DNA of 64,000 nt from an uncultured Oscillospiraceae bacterium (GCA_900544375.1 UQUZ01000001.1:52270-116269); one strand, 5' to 3'. Counted from the first letter of the stretch, positions 12,563 to 22,293 are shown. Numbers and translations: made by a program. Notes: generated from the letters alone by a model not told the origin.

Positions 12563-12778
12563 TCAGCTATTTCTTGATTCCTCGATATATTCCATAAGAT
12601 CGCCGGGCTGGCATTGCAGCACCCGGCAGATCCGATCAATGGTTGCCATTGATACAGAGTGATTGTGGCGCAGGCGGGTGAGCGTCCCATCTGCGATATT
12701 GGTTGATTTTTTGAGTCGGTAAAAACTGATTTGGCGATCTGTTAGCAGGCGCATCAGTTTGTGATAGACGATTGCCAT
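12563..12778 (-). CDS. Small XRE/Cro-type HTH DNA-binding protein
   Basis: 71-75 aa: LMRLLTDRQISFYRLKKSTNIADGTLTRLRHNHSVSMATIDRICRVLQCQPGDLMEY. Start uncertain between 12790 and 12778; the internal ATG has better RBS spacing. Confidence 0.75.
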   Translation of the reverse strand: MAIVYHKLMRLLTDRQISFYRLKKSTNIADGTLTRLRHNHSVSMATIDRICRVLQCQPGDLMEYIEESRNS

Positions 12779-13217
12779 ATGGATGACCATTCCTCTCTTG
12801 CACCGAGTGGTTTGAAAACGTTATCCTCCCAAAGCGCTATACCTCAGCATCTATTTTATGATTTGGAGATGAGGTAAAAATGGGCCGCTTCTCCGAATCG
12901 CTGTGAATGTTGCGCTTTTGTATTCCATTTTACCGGGAAGCTGTGGCCAGATGACCAAAAAGCCGGGTAAAAAGCCCTTTTATCAGGGAAAATCACTTGA
13001 CCACTTGAGAAAAGTGTGTTATAGTGATCTTACCTCTAAGAGGGCTCTTTTTTTGTACCCATTTTTAGAGGGAGGCTGGAACCTGAAAAATTCTGCTGGA
13101 AGGCAGGCTGCGGGTTTCTTGCGGAGCAGTGCCCTCAAGGTTGCTCGGCAGGGAAAACGGAGCTGAGCCCGCGGATTGACAGGCTCTGAAAATATCCGGA
13201 AAACTGGAGGTGCCGTC

Positions 13218-13367
13218 ATGAGAGTAAAAGTCACTTTATCCTGCACGGAGTGCAAGCAGCGCAACTACAATACGATGAAAAACAAGAAGAACAACCCCGA
13301 CAGGCTGGAGATGAATAAGTATTGCAGATTCTGCAAGAAACACACGCTCCACAGAGAAACCAAATAA
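13218..13367 (+). CDS. rpmG: 50S ribosomal protein L33
   Basis: [49 protein letters not shown] is a canonical L33 with a Cys4 zinc ribbon. Start taken at the internal ATG of the 13176 ORF, with a GGAGG RBS. Confidence 0.95.
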   Translation: MRVKVTLSCTECKQRNYNTMKNKKNNPDRLEMNKYCRFCKKHTLHRETK

Positions 13368-13384
13368 GAGCGGAGGAAAGATGA

Positions 13385-13789
13385 ATGGCTGACGAAAAGA
13401 AAAAGGACGCGGTGGAAAAGGCTGAAAAGAAGGCCAAGGCCACAAAAGCGGACAAGGCCGATAAGGCAAACAAACCGAAAAAGCCAAATATCTTTGTGCG
13501 CGCCGGCAAGGCGATCGCCCGCTTTTTTAAGGATTTTAGGGGCGAAATCAAGAAGATCACCTGGCCTGATGCGAAAACCGTGCTCAAGAGCACCGGCGTT
13601 GTAATCGCCGTGATTTTGATTATCGGCATTGGCATCTGGATTGTGGACTTCGGCCTTTCCCAGGGACTGAGCCTGATTGAGGGCCTGGCGCAGGATCCCA
13701 CGACAACGGCCGCCGCCGCAGAATCAACTTCGGGCGTCACCAATGCCGCAGCAGGTGTCATTCAGCTGTTTGGCGGGCTGCTTGGTTAA
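13385..13789 (+). CDS. secE: Preprotein translocase subunit SecE, unusually long at 134 aa
   Basis: Core FFKDFRGEIKKITWPDAKTVLKSTGVVIAVILIIGIGIWIVD and the position between rpmG and nusG. Extra Lys-rich N-terminus and Ala/Thr-rich C-terminal tail. Confidence 0.9.
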   Translation: MADEKKKDAVEKAEKKAKATKADKADKANKPKKPNIFVRAGKAIARFFKDFRGEIKKITWPDAKTVLKSTGVVIAVILIIGIGIWIVDFGLSQGLSLIEGLAQDPTTTAAAAESTSGVTNAAAGVIQLFGGLLG

Positions 13790-13819
13790 GGCGCGTTCGA
13801 AGCGAAAGGGTGGTCTAAC

Positions 13820-14371
13820 ATGGCTGACAGCGCAAAGTGGTATGTAATTCATACCTATTCCGGCTACGAAAATAAAGTGGCCAATAATATTGAAACGGTT
13901 GTGGAAAACCGCCAGATGCAGGATCAGATCCTAGAGGTGAAAATCCCGATGGAAACGGTCACTGAAATCAAGGATAACAAAAAGCGCGATGTAGAGCGCA
14001 AGGTGTTCCCCGGCTACGTTCTGGTGAAGCTTGCGGTCGATGTGGAGGACGGGGAGTACGTTATGTCAGACGATACTTGGTACGTCATTCGCAATACGCG
14101 CGGCGTTACGGGCTTTGTAGGCCCGGAGAGCAAGCCCATCCCGCTCAGCGACGAGGAAGTGCTTGCGCTTGGCGTAGAGAAAAGGCAGGTCGAAGTGGCC
14201 TATCAGGTCGGCGATCTTGTCAATATTATTGACGGCCCATTCGGGGATTTCTCCGGCGTCGTCGAGGAGATTGATCCGGATAAAGATCTTGTCCGCGTGA
14301 CGATTTCCATGTTTGGCCGCGAAACCCCGGTTGAGTTTGCGCTCGATCAGGTGGAGCCGGCAGTCAATTAA
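13820..14371 (+). CDS. nusG: Transcription termination/antitermination factor NusG
   Basis: KWYVIHTYSGYENKV NGN domain, a C-terminal KOW (GDLVNIIDGPFGDFSGVVEEID), and conserved synteny. Confidence 0.96.
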   Translation: MADSAKWYVIHTYSGYENKVANNIETVVENRQMQDQILEVKIPMETVTEIKDNKKRDVERKVFPGYVLVKLAVDVEDGEYVMSDDTWYVIRNTRGVTGFVGPESKPIPLSDEEVLALGVEKRQVEVAYQVGDLVNIIDGPFGDFSGVVEEIDPDKDLVRVTISMFGRETPVEFALDQVEPAVN

Positions 14372-14514
14372 TCACAGTTTGGTAATTAGCGGCCCTGCCG
14401 CTTATTATGCGCCTGCGCGGCTTTGCCGCCCGGCGCGGGGGTTCGCCCCCTGTGGGAGGAGTAAGAATTCATACTTGCTCCGCCAATTACCACATATATT
14501 TGGAGGTGCAAAAA

Positions 14515-14940
14515 ATGGCTCAAAAGGTTGTAGGTTTAATTAAGCTGCAGATTCCCGCCGGAAAAGCAACCCCGGCACCCCCGGTCGGTCCTGCGCTGGG
14601 TCAGCACGGTGTGAACATTATGGCGTTCACGAAGGAATTCAATGAGCGCACAAAGAATGATATCGGCCTGATTATCCCGGTCGTCATCACCGTTTATGCA
14701 GACCGTTCTTTCACGTTCATCACAAAGACGCCGCCCGCCGCCGTTCTTCTGAAGAAGGCCTGCGGAATTGAAAAAGCGTCCGGCGTGCCGAACAAGAACA
14801 AGGTCGCAACGATCACCGGTGAGCAGATTAGAAAAATCGCCGAGCAGAAGATGCCTGATCTGAATGCAGCGAGCGTAGAAGCGGCAGCCAGCATGATTGC
14901 CGGCACTGCGCGCAGCATGGGCATTGTTGTCTCCGATTAA
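14515..14940 (+). CDS. rplK: 50S ribosomal protein L11
   Basis: [43 protein letters not shown]. Start at the internal ATG of the 14407 ORF. Confidence 0.96.
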   Translation: MAQKVVGLIKLQIPAGKATPAPPVGPALGQHGVNIMAFTKEFNERTKNDIGLIIPVVITVYADRSFTFITKTPPAAVLLKKACGIEKASGVPNKNKVATITGEQIRKIAEQKMPDLNAASVEAAASMIAGTARSMGIVVSD

Positions 14941-14995
14941 TGCTCCCGGGTGGGAGGAACAATCCGATTAACCACTCTTTAGGGAGGTCAGACGA

Positions 14996-15697
14996 ATGAA
15001 ACATGGTAAAAAATATGTCGAAAGCGCCAAGCTTGTCGATAAAACAAAGCTCTATGACCCTGCGGAAGCGCTGGAGGTCGCGGTGAAAACCGCAACAGCT
15101 AAATTTGATGAAACTGTGGAAGCCCACATTCGCTTGGGCGTTGACTCCCGCCATGCGGATCAGCAGGTTCGCGGCGCGGTCGTATTGCCCAACGGAACGG
15201 GTAAATCCGTGCGTGTTGCTGTGTTCGCTAAGGGCGACGATGCAAAAGCAGCGCAAGAGGCAGGCGCGGAGTTTGTCGGCGCGGAGGAACTGGTTGCCAA
15301 GATTCAGGGCGAAGGCTGGATGGATTTTGACGTGGCGATTGCTGCGCCCAATATGATGGGCTTGGTCGGTCGTCTCGGTAAAGTGCTTGGCCCGCGCGGC
15401 TTGATGCCAAGCCCGAAGGCCGGCACCGTAACGCCTGACGTTGCAAAGGCTGTTACAGAGGCAAAGGCTGGTAAGATTGAGTACCGCCTTGATAAGACCA
15501 ACATTATCCACTGCCCGATCGGTAAAGTTTCCTTTGGCGCGGAAAAGCTGAATGAGAACTTCTCCACTCTGCTGGAAGCGATCATTAAAGCGAAGCCCGC
15601 GGCAACGAAGGGCCAGTATATCCGCTCCTGCGTGGTTGCCACCACGATGGGCCCCGGCGTACGCATTAATGCAAACCGCGTGGGCGGCGCGGAATAA
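14996..15697 (+). CDS. rplA: 50S ribosomal protein L1
   Basis: 233 aa; MKHGKKY...[24 protein letters not shown] is typical of L1. Confidence 0.96.
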   Translation: MKHGKKYVESAKLVDKTKLYDPAEALEVAVKTATAKFDETVEAHIRLGVDSRHADQQVRGAVVLPNGTGKSVRVAVFAKGDDAKAAQEAGAEFVGAEELVAKIQGEGWMDFDVAIAAPNMMGLVGRLGKVLGPRGLMPSPKAGTVTPDVAKAVTEAKAGKIEYRLDKTNIIHCPIGKVSFGAEKLNENFSTLLEAIIKAKPAATKGQYIRSCVVATTMGPGVRINANRVGGAE

Positions 15698-15707
15698 GCA
15701 AAAATGC

Positions 15708-15984
15708 TTGACACGGAGCAATCTGTGTGCTAGTATAATAATCACTGTTCTTACACCGAAGACAGCAGGTGCGCTTTGCGCATAATGGCTTTTGCCGCCT
15801 GCCGAGGAATGGAGAGCATACGACGGCCGGAGGTCTCCGGCATGAATTTGTATGTTGGCCCTTCCTGCGGTGCGCGGGAAGGGTTTTTCTTTTTCCCGTG
15901 TAAAGGCGTTTTTAGGAAATGCCTGAGATGCCGGCTCTCCATCCTTCGGATGGGAAGCGGTAGATTTAGAGGAGGTGAAATCCA
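15708..15984 (+). promoter_or_regulatory. rplJL promoter plus L10-leader-type 5' UTR with an attenuator hairpin
   Basis: TTGACA at about 15708 with TAGTATAAT downstream. The ~240-nt leader contains an 11-bp hairpin cccttcctgcg/cgcgggaaggg (about 15859-15883) followed by TTTTTCTTTTT, placed as in Firmicute L10 leaders. No covariance model was run. Confidence 0.6.
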
Positions 15985-16518
15985 TTGCCGAGTGAAAAAG
16001 TATTGGAACTCAAGAAGCAGAAGGTTGCAGACCTCTCCGCACAGCTGAAAAATGCATGCGCAGGCGTGGTCGTCGATTACAAGGGCATCAATGTGGCGGA
16101 TGATACAAAGCTTCGTAAGGAGCTGCGTGAGGCAGGCGTTCATTATGCTGTCGTTAAGAATACGTTGCTGCATCTTGCTGTGCAGGATGCTGGCCTTCAG
16201 GAGCTTGATAATGTGCTTTCCGGCACAACCGCAATTGCCCTGAGTGAGGATGATTATGTTGCCCCCGCACGCATTCTGTGTAAGTTTGCCGATGCGAGCA
16301 AAACCTTCACTGTGAAGAGCGGTTTCTTGGATGGCGACGTGATCGGCCTTGAAAAGATCAACAGCCTTGCAAAGCTGCCGTCCCGCGAGATTTTGCTCGC
16401 CACGGTGTGCAATGCGTTCAACGCACCCATCGCTTCCTTTGCACGCGCGATTCAGGCGATTGTCGACAAATCCGGCGAAGCCGTTCCCGCACAGGCAGAG
16501 GCTCCGGCAGAGGCGTAA
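15985..16518 (+). CDS. rplJ: 50S ribosomal protein L10
   Basis: TTG start 9 nt after GGAGG. Sequence KKQKVADLSAQLKNACAGVVVDYKGINVADDTKLRKELREAG. Confidence 0.94.
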   Translation: MPSEKVLELKKQKVADLSAQLKNACAGVVVDYKGINVADDTKLRKELREAGVHYAVVKNTLLHLAVQDAGLQELDNVLSGTTAIALSEDDYVAPARILCKFADASKTFTVKSGFLDGDVIGLEKINSLAKLPSREILLATVCNAFNAPIASFARAIQAIVDKSGEAVPAQAEAPAEA

Positions 16519-16578
16519 TTGCAAGGTTGTATTGCAATCGCCCTAGCTACAATATGAAATAATTGGAGGTTTATTACA

Positions 16579-16959
16579 ATGGCATCTGATAAAATTAATG
16601 CGATCATTGAAGAAATCAAAGTCCTCTCCGTGCTGGAGCTCTCTGAGCTGGTACATGCAGTTGAGGAAGAGTTCGGTGTGTCCGCTGCTGCTGCGGTAGC
16701 AGTTGCTGCTCCGGCCGATGGCGGCGCTGCTGCTGCGGAGGAAGAGAAGACCGAGTTTGATGTGATCCTTGCCGAGGTCGGTGCGGAGAAGATCAAGGTT
16801 ATCAAGGCGGTCCGCGAGATCACTGGCCTTGGTCTTGCCGATGCAAAGGCTCTTGTTGACGGCGCTCCGAAGGCCGTGAAGGAAGCGATCTCCAAAGAAG
16901 ACGCGGAAGCGGCGAAGGAGAAGCTGGAGGCTGCCGGCGCGAAGGTTGAGCTCAAATAA
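16579..16959 (+). CDS. rplL: 50S ribosomal protein L7/L12
   Basis: Ala-rich hinge and C-terminal domain [32 protein letters not shown]. Confidence 0.97.
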   Translation: MASDKINAIIEEIKVLSVLELSELVHAVEEEFGVSAAAAVAVAAPADGGAAAAEEEKTEFDVILAEVGAEKIKVIKAVREITGLGLADAKALVDGAPKAVKEAISKEDAEAAKEKLEAAGAKVELK

Positions 16960-16977
16960 GCTTACGCTGCTAAGAAT

Positions 16978-17012
16978 AAAAGACCTGAAAGCATTGCTTT
17001 CAGGTCTTTTTC
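16978..17012 (+). terminator. rplL intrinsic terminator
   Basis: 12-bp stem agacctgaaagc/gctttcaggtct with a 3-nt loop and a T-run. Confidence 0.85.
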
Positions 17013-17232
17013 TCATTCTAATCTTTGAAAATGAGGTCGGATCCATACAACAGAAATCCTAGAGGTTAGGCGCTTACACGGACAAAAGGGCTCATAGGGT
17101 ATAGAATATAAAAAAATCTTATGCGATATGATGACGCTGGCGGGGATTACAAGGCTGAAACGATCGGGGCTTTCCATTGGACACAAAAGGGGAAGCAATT
17201 GATATGAAACAATGGTTGTTGGGGGAAGGAAG

Positions 17233-17914
17233 GGAATGAATCAAATGGAAACGGGCATCCCTAGCGAACTGGCTGTTGAAATCCGCAGTATCTACTGGAG
17301 CTGGGTGCAGATGAACGATGGCGCCATATGGAATGTGTAGCCCGTGAGATCGAAAAATTGGCAGCTCGCTATCATTTGGATCTGCTTCTTTGCGAAAGCA
17401 TAGCGTATTGCCATGATATTTTCTGCGTGCTGGAGCCCAAGGAGATGCTGCTGGCCGTACAGGAGCGGTACGGTAGCCTTTTTTCTATGATGCGGAACGG
17501 ATGATCCCATCTATGCTATACCAACGGATATCAGCGTGCCTTGCACAGTCGCGGTGGGGGATTCAGAATAAGGAAGCGCTCAGCGCCACCGCATGCTATA
17601 CGACGCTGCGGGCGGAAGTAAGCGCGCTGGATATGGCTTTCATTGCAGATAAATTGGCCTGGGAATCGAGGGGTTCGTTTTTTGAACGAGTTAGCGCTGC
17701 GGTTGAGAGATTGCTCCCAGAGGCATGCCACCTATATGCAAGATATGGAGCGGCACGGGCAGATTTTGCTGCTACATCCCTGATGGCTGGAAGCAAAGGC
17801 GCATTTGCTTCCAATTACTTGACCAGATTTTTAAAACCGTGTATAAAGAAAGGGATGGGCGGCAATACAAAACTTAGATTGTTTTCGTCCTATTTGAGAA
17901 AGGCGTGTGATAAC
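17233..17914 (+). pseudogene. Possible decayed gene remnant upstream of ldh: three consecutive open segments in different frames, the last reading in-frame into ldh
   Basis: A 34-codon ORF (17233-), a 58-codon ORF (17328..17504, MECVAREIEKLAARYHLDLLLCESIAYCHDIF...), then 138 stop-free codons (17501-17914) in the ldh frame. No recognisable family. Confidence 0.2.
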
Positions 17915-18868
17915 ATGATCTCGGAAAATCGAAAGGTCGTTTTGATCGGAACCGGCATGGTGGGTATGAGCTATGCCTATGCGCTGCTCAACCAGAATGT
18001 CTGTGATGAATTGGTGCTGGTGGATTTGGACCGCAAGCGGGCGGAGGGTGAGGCAATGGATTTAAACCATGGCCTAGCGTTCTCTGGCTCGAACATGAAA
18101 ATTTATGCCGGCAGTTATGAGGACTGTAGCGATGCGGATATCGTCACTATTTGTGCGGGCGTCGCACAAAAGCCAGGAGAATCCCGACTCGACCTGCTCC
18201 AGCGGAACACGGCGGTTTTTAAATCGATTATCGACCCGGTCACAGAATCGGGCTTCAACGGGATTTTTCTGGTGGCGACTAATCCGGTGGATATCATGAC
18301 GCGGATCACAGCCGTGCTCTCAGGGTTTAATCCCCGTCGTGTTTTGGGCACAGGCACCGCGCTCGACACTGCCAGGCTGCGCTATCTGCTCGGGGCCTAT
18401 TTCCATGTAGATCCCCGCAATATGCATGCCTATGTGATGGGCGAGCATGGGGATAGCGAGTTTGTTCCATGGTCGCAGGCAATGATGGCAACAAAGCCGG
18501 TGCTCTCCATCTGTGAAGAGTCCCATGGAAGATATTGCTGTGAGGAAATGGAGAAGATCACAGAAGAAGTGCGCGGCGCGGCGCAAAAGATTATTGAGGC
18601 CAAGCGCGCAACCTATTACGGCATCGGGATGGCCCTTGTGCGCATTACACGCGCGATTTTCGGCAATGAAAACAGCGTGTTGACAGTATCCTCTATGATG
18701 CGTGGAGAATACGGGGAGACAGGGGTATTCGTAGGCGCTCCCTGCATTGTAAACCGCAATGGCGTCCAGCGCATTTTGCAGCTGTCTCTAAACGATGAGG
18801 AAATGGCGCAGTTCAAGGCCTCCTGCGAGACGCTTCGCACTCATTTTGATGAACTGGGGCTGCAATAA
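17915..18868 (+). CDS. ldh: L-lactate dehydrogenase
   Basis: MISENRKVVLIGTGMVGMSYAYAL Rossmann N-terminus, GEHGDSE and the catalytic region. Start placed at the internal ATG of the 455-aa ORF, where homology to Ldh begins. Confidence 0.92.
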   Translation: MISENRKVVLIGTGMVGMSYAYALLNQNVCDELVLVDLDRKRAEGEAMDLNHGLAFSGSNMKIYAGSYEDCSDADIVTICAGVAQKPGESRLDLLQRNTAVFKSIIDPVTESGFNGIFLVATNPVDIMTRITAVLSGFNPRRVLGTGTALDTARLRYLLGAYFHVDPRNMHAYVMGEHGDSEFVPWSQAMMATKPVLSICEESHGRYCCEEMEKITEEVRGAAQKIIEAKRATYYGIGMALVRITRAIFGNENSVLTVSSMMRGEYGETGVFVGAPCIVNRNGVQRILQLSLNDEEMAQFKASCETLRTHFDELGLQ

Positions 18869-18887
18869 CACCAAAAGGGAACAAAGA

Positions 18888-18915
18888 GGCGGGGCATTCA
18901 GCGCCCCGCCGTTAT
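18888..18915 (+). terminator. Probable ldh terminator
   Basis: Stem ggcggggc/gccccgcc with a 7-nt loop. The T tract is weak (gttatgttt). Confidence 0.5.
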
Positions 18916-18944
18916 GTTTAAAAAATTAGGAAGGATGTGGAGCG

Positions 18945-20123
18945 GTGCAATACCGGAAAGACCCGAAAAGTGGAAACAGGCTGTCTGCACTCGGCTTTGG
19001 ATGTATGCGCCTGCCGAGAAAACACGGCGCGATCGATCAGGAAGAGAGCACGGCTTTGATCCAAAAGGCAATTGAGGATGGCGTTAACTATTTTGATACA
19101 GCTTACATGTATGCAGGGAGCGAGGAAACGCTTGGCCGGGCATTACAAGGAGGCCTACGGGAAAAAATATACATAGCGGATAAGATGCCGCCTCCTTTGT
19201 GTAGAAACGCGGCGGATTTTGATAAGCTTTTGCATAAGATGCTGGACCGGTTGGGGACGGATTATATCGATTATCTTCTTATTCATATGCTGACGGATGT
19301 GGAAACATGGAATCGCCTCTGCGGCCTGGGGATTGAGGATTGGATTCGGACGCAGAAGCAGGCGGGCCGCATCCGGTCGATCGGGTTTTCCTATCACGGT
19401 GGGCAGGAGGAGTTCCCCAAGCTGCTGGAGGCATATAATTGGGATTTTTGCCAAATCCAATATAACTATATCGATGAAAATAATCAGGCAGGGCGCAGCG
19501 GGCTGCAAAAGGCGCATGAGCGCGGGCTGCCCGTGATCATTATGGAGCCGCTGTTGGGCGGCAGGCTGGCGGAGAATCTGCCGCCGGCCGTGAACGCGGC
19601 GTTTCGGGCGGCAGATCCGGCGGCAACGCCTGCTGAATGGGGGCTGCGGTGGATTTGGGATCAGCCGGAGGTTACGGTTGTGCTCAGTGGGATGAGCACA
19701 CGAGAGCAGCTTGCGGAGAATGTGAAGGTGGCCGGAGATGCGCTGCCCGGCTCCATTGGGGCGGAAAAACAGGCGGTATATGAGGGCGTAGCCAAGGCGT
19801 TTCGTTCCTCTTTCCGGATTCCCTGCACGGCCTGCGGCTATTGCATGCCCTGCCCCTATGGGGTGGATATCCCCTCTTGTTTTGCGGCATACAATGCGGC
19901 CTCCATCCAGAAAAAAACGGGGAAGAGCCAATATATGAATACAACGGCCGGCTTCCGGCCCAGCCACCATTTTGCGAGTTTGTGCAGAGAGTGCGGTGCA
20001 TGTGAAAAGCGCTGCCCACAAAAGATAAAAATCCGCGCGGAGCTCAAAAAGGTAGCAGGGGAATTTGAGCCGTTTTGGTTCCGCCCGGCGATGGCGGTCG
20101 CGAGGCTGTTTGCAAAAAAATAG
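18945..20123 (+). CDS. Aldo/keto reductase with a C-terminal 4Fe-4S ferredoxin-type domain
   Basis: LSALGFGCMRLP and AKR core motifs, plus C-terminal cysteine clusters CTACGYCMPCP and CRECGACEKRCP. GTG start. Confidence 0.85.
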   Translation: MQYRKDPKSGNRLSALGFGCMRLPRKHGAIDQEESTALIQKAIEDGVNYFDTAYMYAGSEETLGRALQGGLREKIYIADKMPPPLCRNAADFDKLLHKMLDRLGTDYIDYLLIHMLTDVETWNRLCGLGIEDWIRTQKQAGRIRSIGFSYHGGQEEFPKLLEAYNWDFCQIQYNYIDENNQAGRSGLQKAHERGLPVIIMEPLLGGRLAENLPPAVNAAFRAADPAATPAEWGLRWIWDQPEVTVVLSGMSTREQLAENVKVAGDALPGSIGAEKQAVYEGVAKAFRSSFRIPCTACGYCMPCPYGVDIPSCFAAYNAASIQKKTGKSQYMNTTAGFRPSHHFASLCRECGACEKRCPQKIKIRAELKKVAGEFEPFWFRPAMAVARLFAKK

Positions 20124-20221
20124 AAGTTTTGCGGGGCAACGGCTGCTGTTGCCATGCGTTATGGAATGAACTAGTAAAAAGGCTCCTCGTCATTCTGGAC
20201 AATCCCCCGAAAAAATGGACA

Positions 20222-20263
20222 GAGAAAAAACCTCCTGTGGTAGAAGAACTACGGCAGGAGGTT
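20222..20263 (-). terminator. Terminator for the minus-strand hypothetical gene
   Basis: Stem aacctcctg/caggaggtt. On the minus strand it is followed by a T7 run. Confidence 0.6.
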
Positions 20264-20350
20264 ATCGCCATGCCCAGAGGGTACACAAAAGTAGGGAGCT
20301 TGAGCAGCCATTTTCTTCTTGACACGTTTCGATAGCGTGCCTATGAAAAA

Positions 20351-21172
20351 TCAAAAATTGGCTGGTAATTTTTCAATCAAAGCAGTCGCTTCATCCATAG
20401 AGGCCACACCTTCTTCTAAAAGGTTGATCCTTTTCCTTTCCGCACTGGTTACTTTATCCCCACCTTTTTGATATAGGGCATAGTCATCATTCCAAATCCC
20501 ATCGTACATATTGGTCAGGCCGCCGCGGAAAAGGATGCAGATCGCGTTTAGTTCGGAAAGCTTTGCATCCTCCAACGGATAAGCTGAGAAATTTAATCCC
20601 TCAATGCTGGATAACAAATAGCGCAGTTCCGGTAAAAGCGGCTCCCAGGTATCGTTAGCCTCCATAGCGTCAGTGAGATGTTCTACGATTTGGCCGAGTT
20701 TATCCATTTCCGGGCCGGTCACAGCCTCCCAAAACACAGCCTCCGGACCATCGAAATACCGCTCTAGTTTTAGCACTTCACCTACATAAGCCATAGCAGC
20801 TTGATCGGAAGGGAGGTCAAGGCTTTCACCGAGCTGTTTCAGTTGCCGAAAGTAGTTGATTTGGGCGGGAGTTATAGCATCCATGGTTGTTATTTTTTCC
20901 TGCCGGACAGCATTTGAAAAGGCAAGGGCAAAAGCGGATTTCTGCCGGCCTGTTATATGTTTACCTTCGAGCGAGGAACATGCCTCTTCATAGGCTCTGT
21001 TTTCGATTTGCCTGATCGTTTGGGTTTCAAACTGTTTTTGCAGAAAGGCCCATATCCCAAGGACGCCTCCGGCCAAAACAATAACCGATATTCCCACAGA
21101 GAGCACGGTGATCCAGAGCGTTTTGGATTTGCGAGGGCCGTGTTGCTTGAGCAATAAATTGTTTTCCTCCAT
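20351..21172 (-). CDS. Hypothetical single-pass membrane-anchored protein
   Basis: One N-terminal TM (TLWITVLSVGISVIVLAGGVLGIWAFL) and then a helical soluble domain. No family recognised. Start uncertain (21172-21247). A 60-nt hand count at the 3' end gave 25/60 G+C, lower than the neighbours. Confidence 0.6.
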   Translation of the reverse strand: MEENNLLLKQHGPRKSKTLWITVLSVGISVIVLAGGVLGIWAFLQKQFETQTIRQIENRAYEEACSSLEGKHITGRQKSAFALAFSNAVRQEKITTMDAITPAQINYFRQLKQLGESLDLPSDQAAMAYVGEVLKLERYFDGPEAVFWEAVTGPEMDKLGQIVEHLTDAMEANDTWEPLLPELRYLLSSIEGLNFSAYPLEDAKLSELNAICILFRGGLTNMYDGIWNDDYALYQKGGDKVTSAERKRINLLEEGVASMDEATALIEKLPANF

Positions 21173-21315
21173 ACTTCTCATTCCCATCTTCATGATAAAG
21201 GATTTATCGCACCATCCTTTGCAGATCAGTATAGCAAAGGAAAGCAATAAAAGGAATGGGAGGGCAAGTCAATTTAGGGAAAATATCTAAAAGGACAGTT
21301 TGTTTTCAGCAAAAC

Positions 21316-22293
21316 TTAGCATTGGATAATGCCATAGCCCCAATTTTCAAAGCATTTGTCAAAAATCTTGGCGCATTGCATCGTTGCGCTGTGGGGGATG
21401 GTTTCACTCTCAAGCTTGCCCGCCCGGATGCAGCGCATGGTCTCCCGCAACTCAAAGACAAAGCCGTTTCCATAATTTTTTTGGAATCGCTTCACGGGGA
21501 GCCCCTTGCTATTATAAAGCGTGCAGGAGTGTGAGCAGTGTGCCCGAGGAATCCGGATAAACCCTTCTGAGCCATAGATGCAGAGCTCCTCCCGCACGGT
21601 GGCGGCGGTTGTCGCCTGCAAATTCGCGGTGCAGCTGGGAAAACGGAGCAGAATACTATCCGTTTTATCCACGCCGGTTTCAGAGCGGGTAAGTATGGAT
21701 TGCACGTCTATCACCGGCTCGTCGATCAGATATGTGGTCAGTTCAATCGCATAAACGCCGATATCATAGGCTGCGCCTCCACCCAGCACCGGATTGTTGA
21801 TCCGGTGCGCAGGATCTCGGCTGGCAGAGAAGCCAATGGTGCAGGTTGCCGCCTCCAAATTGCCAATCCGGCCCTCCTTTATCCACTGGCGGGCCTGATT
21901 GATATGCGGCAGAAAACGAGACCACATTGCCTCCATAACAAACAGCTTCTTTTCCTTTGCAAGGCTAAAAATTTCCTGTGCCTGCGCTGCGGTGGGAACC
22001 ATACTTTTTTCGCAGAGAACGGGTTTATTATGTTCTAAGCAGGCTATAATGTTTTCATAGTGGAAATTATGCGTGGTTGCAATATATATCGCATCAATAT
22101 CTTCCCGTGCCAGGAGATGCTCATAATCGCTGTAAAAATCCTCAATACCATGCCGTTTTGCAAAGCGCCAGGCGCGTTTTTGATCCTTGCTGGCCACGGC
22201 CGCAACACATGCATCGTCCACCTTGCCGACCGCGTTGCAGAATTTGTGCGCGATGCCCCCTGCACCGAGGATGCCAAACCGAAATTGCTTCAT
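21316..22293 (-). CDS. Gfo/Idh/MocA family NAD(P)-dependent oxidoreductase
   Basis: FRFGILGAGGIAHKF Rossmann N-terminus, EKSM motif (LCEKSM), 325 aa. Confidence 0.85.
   Translation of the reverse strand: MKQFRFGILGAGGIAHKFCNAVGKVDDACVAAVASKDQKRAWRFAKRHGIEDFYSDYEHLLAREDIDAIYIATTHNFHYENIIACLEHNKPVLCEKSMVPTAAQAQEIFSLAKEKKLFVMEAMWSRFLPHINQARQWIKEGRIGNLEAATCTIGFSASRDPAHRINNPVLGGGAAYDIGVYAIELTTYLIDEPVIDVQSILTRSETGVDKTDSILLRFPSCTANLQATTAATVREELCIYGSEGFIRIPRAHCSHSCTLYNSKGLPVKRFQKNYGNGFVFELRETMRCIRAGKLESETIPHSATMQCAKIFDKCFENWGYGIIQC

Noticed and set aside
14828-15985. 385-aa ORF antisense to rplK, rplA and the L10 leader
   Set aside because: It overlaps ribosomal protein genes and a regulatory leader on the other strand, and its composition marks it as an artefact.
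17501-17914. The 138-aa segment as a genuine N-terminal domain of Ldh
   Set aside because: Ldh homology, the Rossmann GxGxxG and a purine-rich RBS-like stretch all begin at 17915, and the upstream part has no recognisable fold. It is reported instead as a possible gene remnant.
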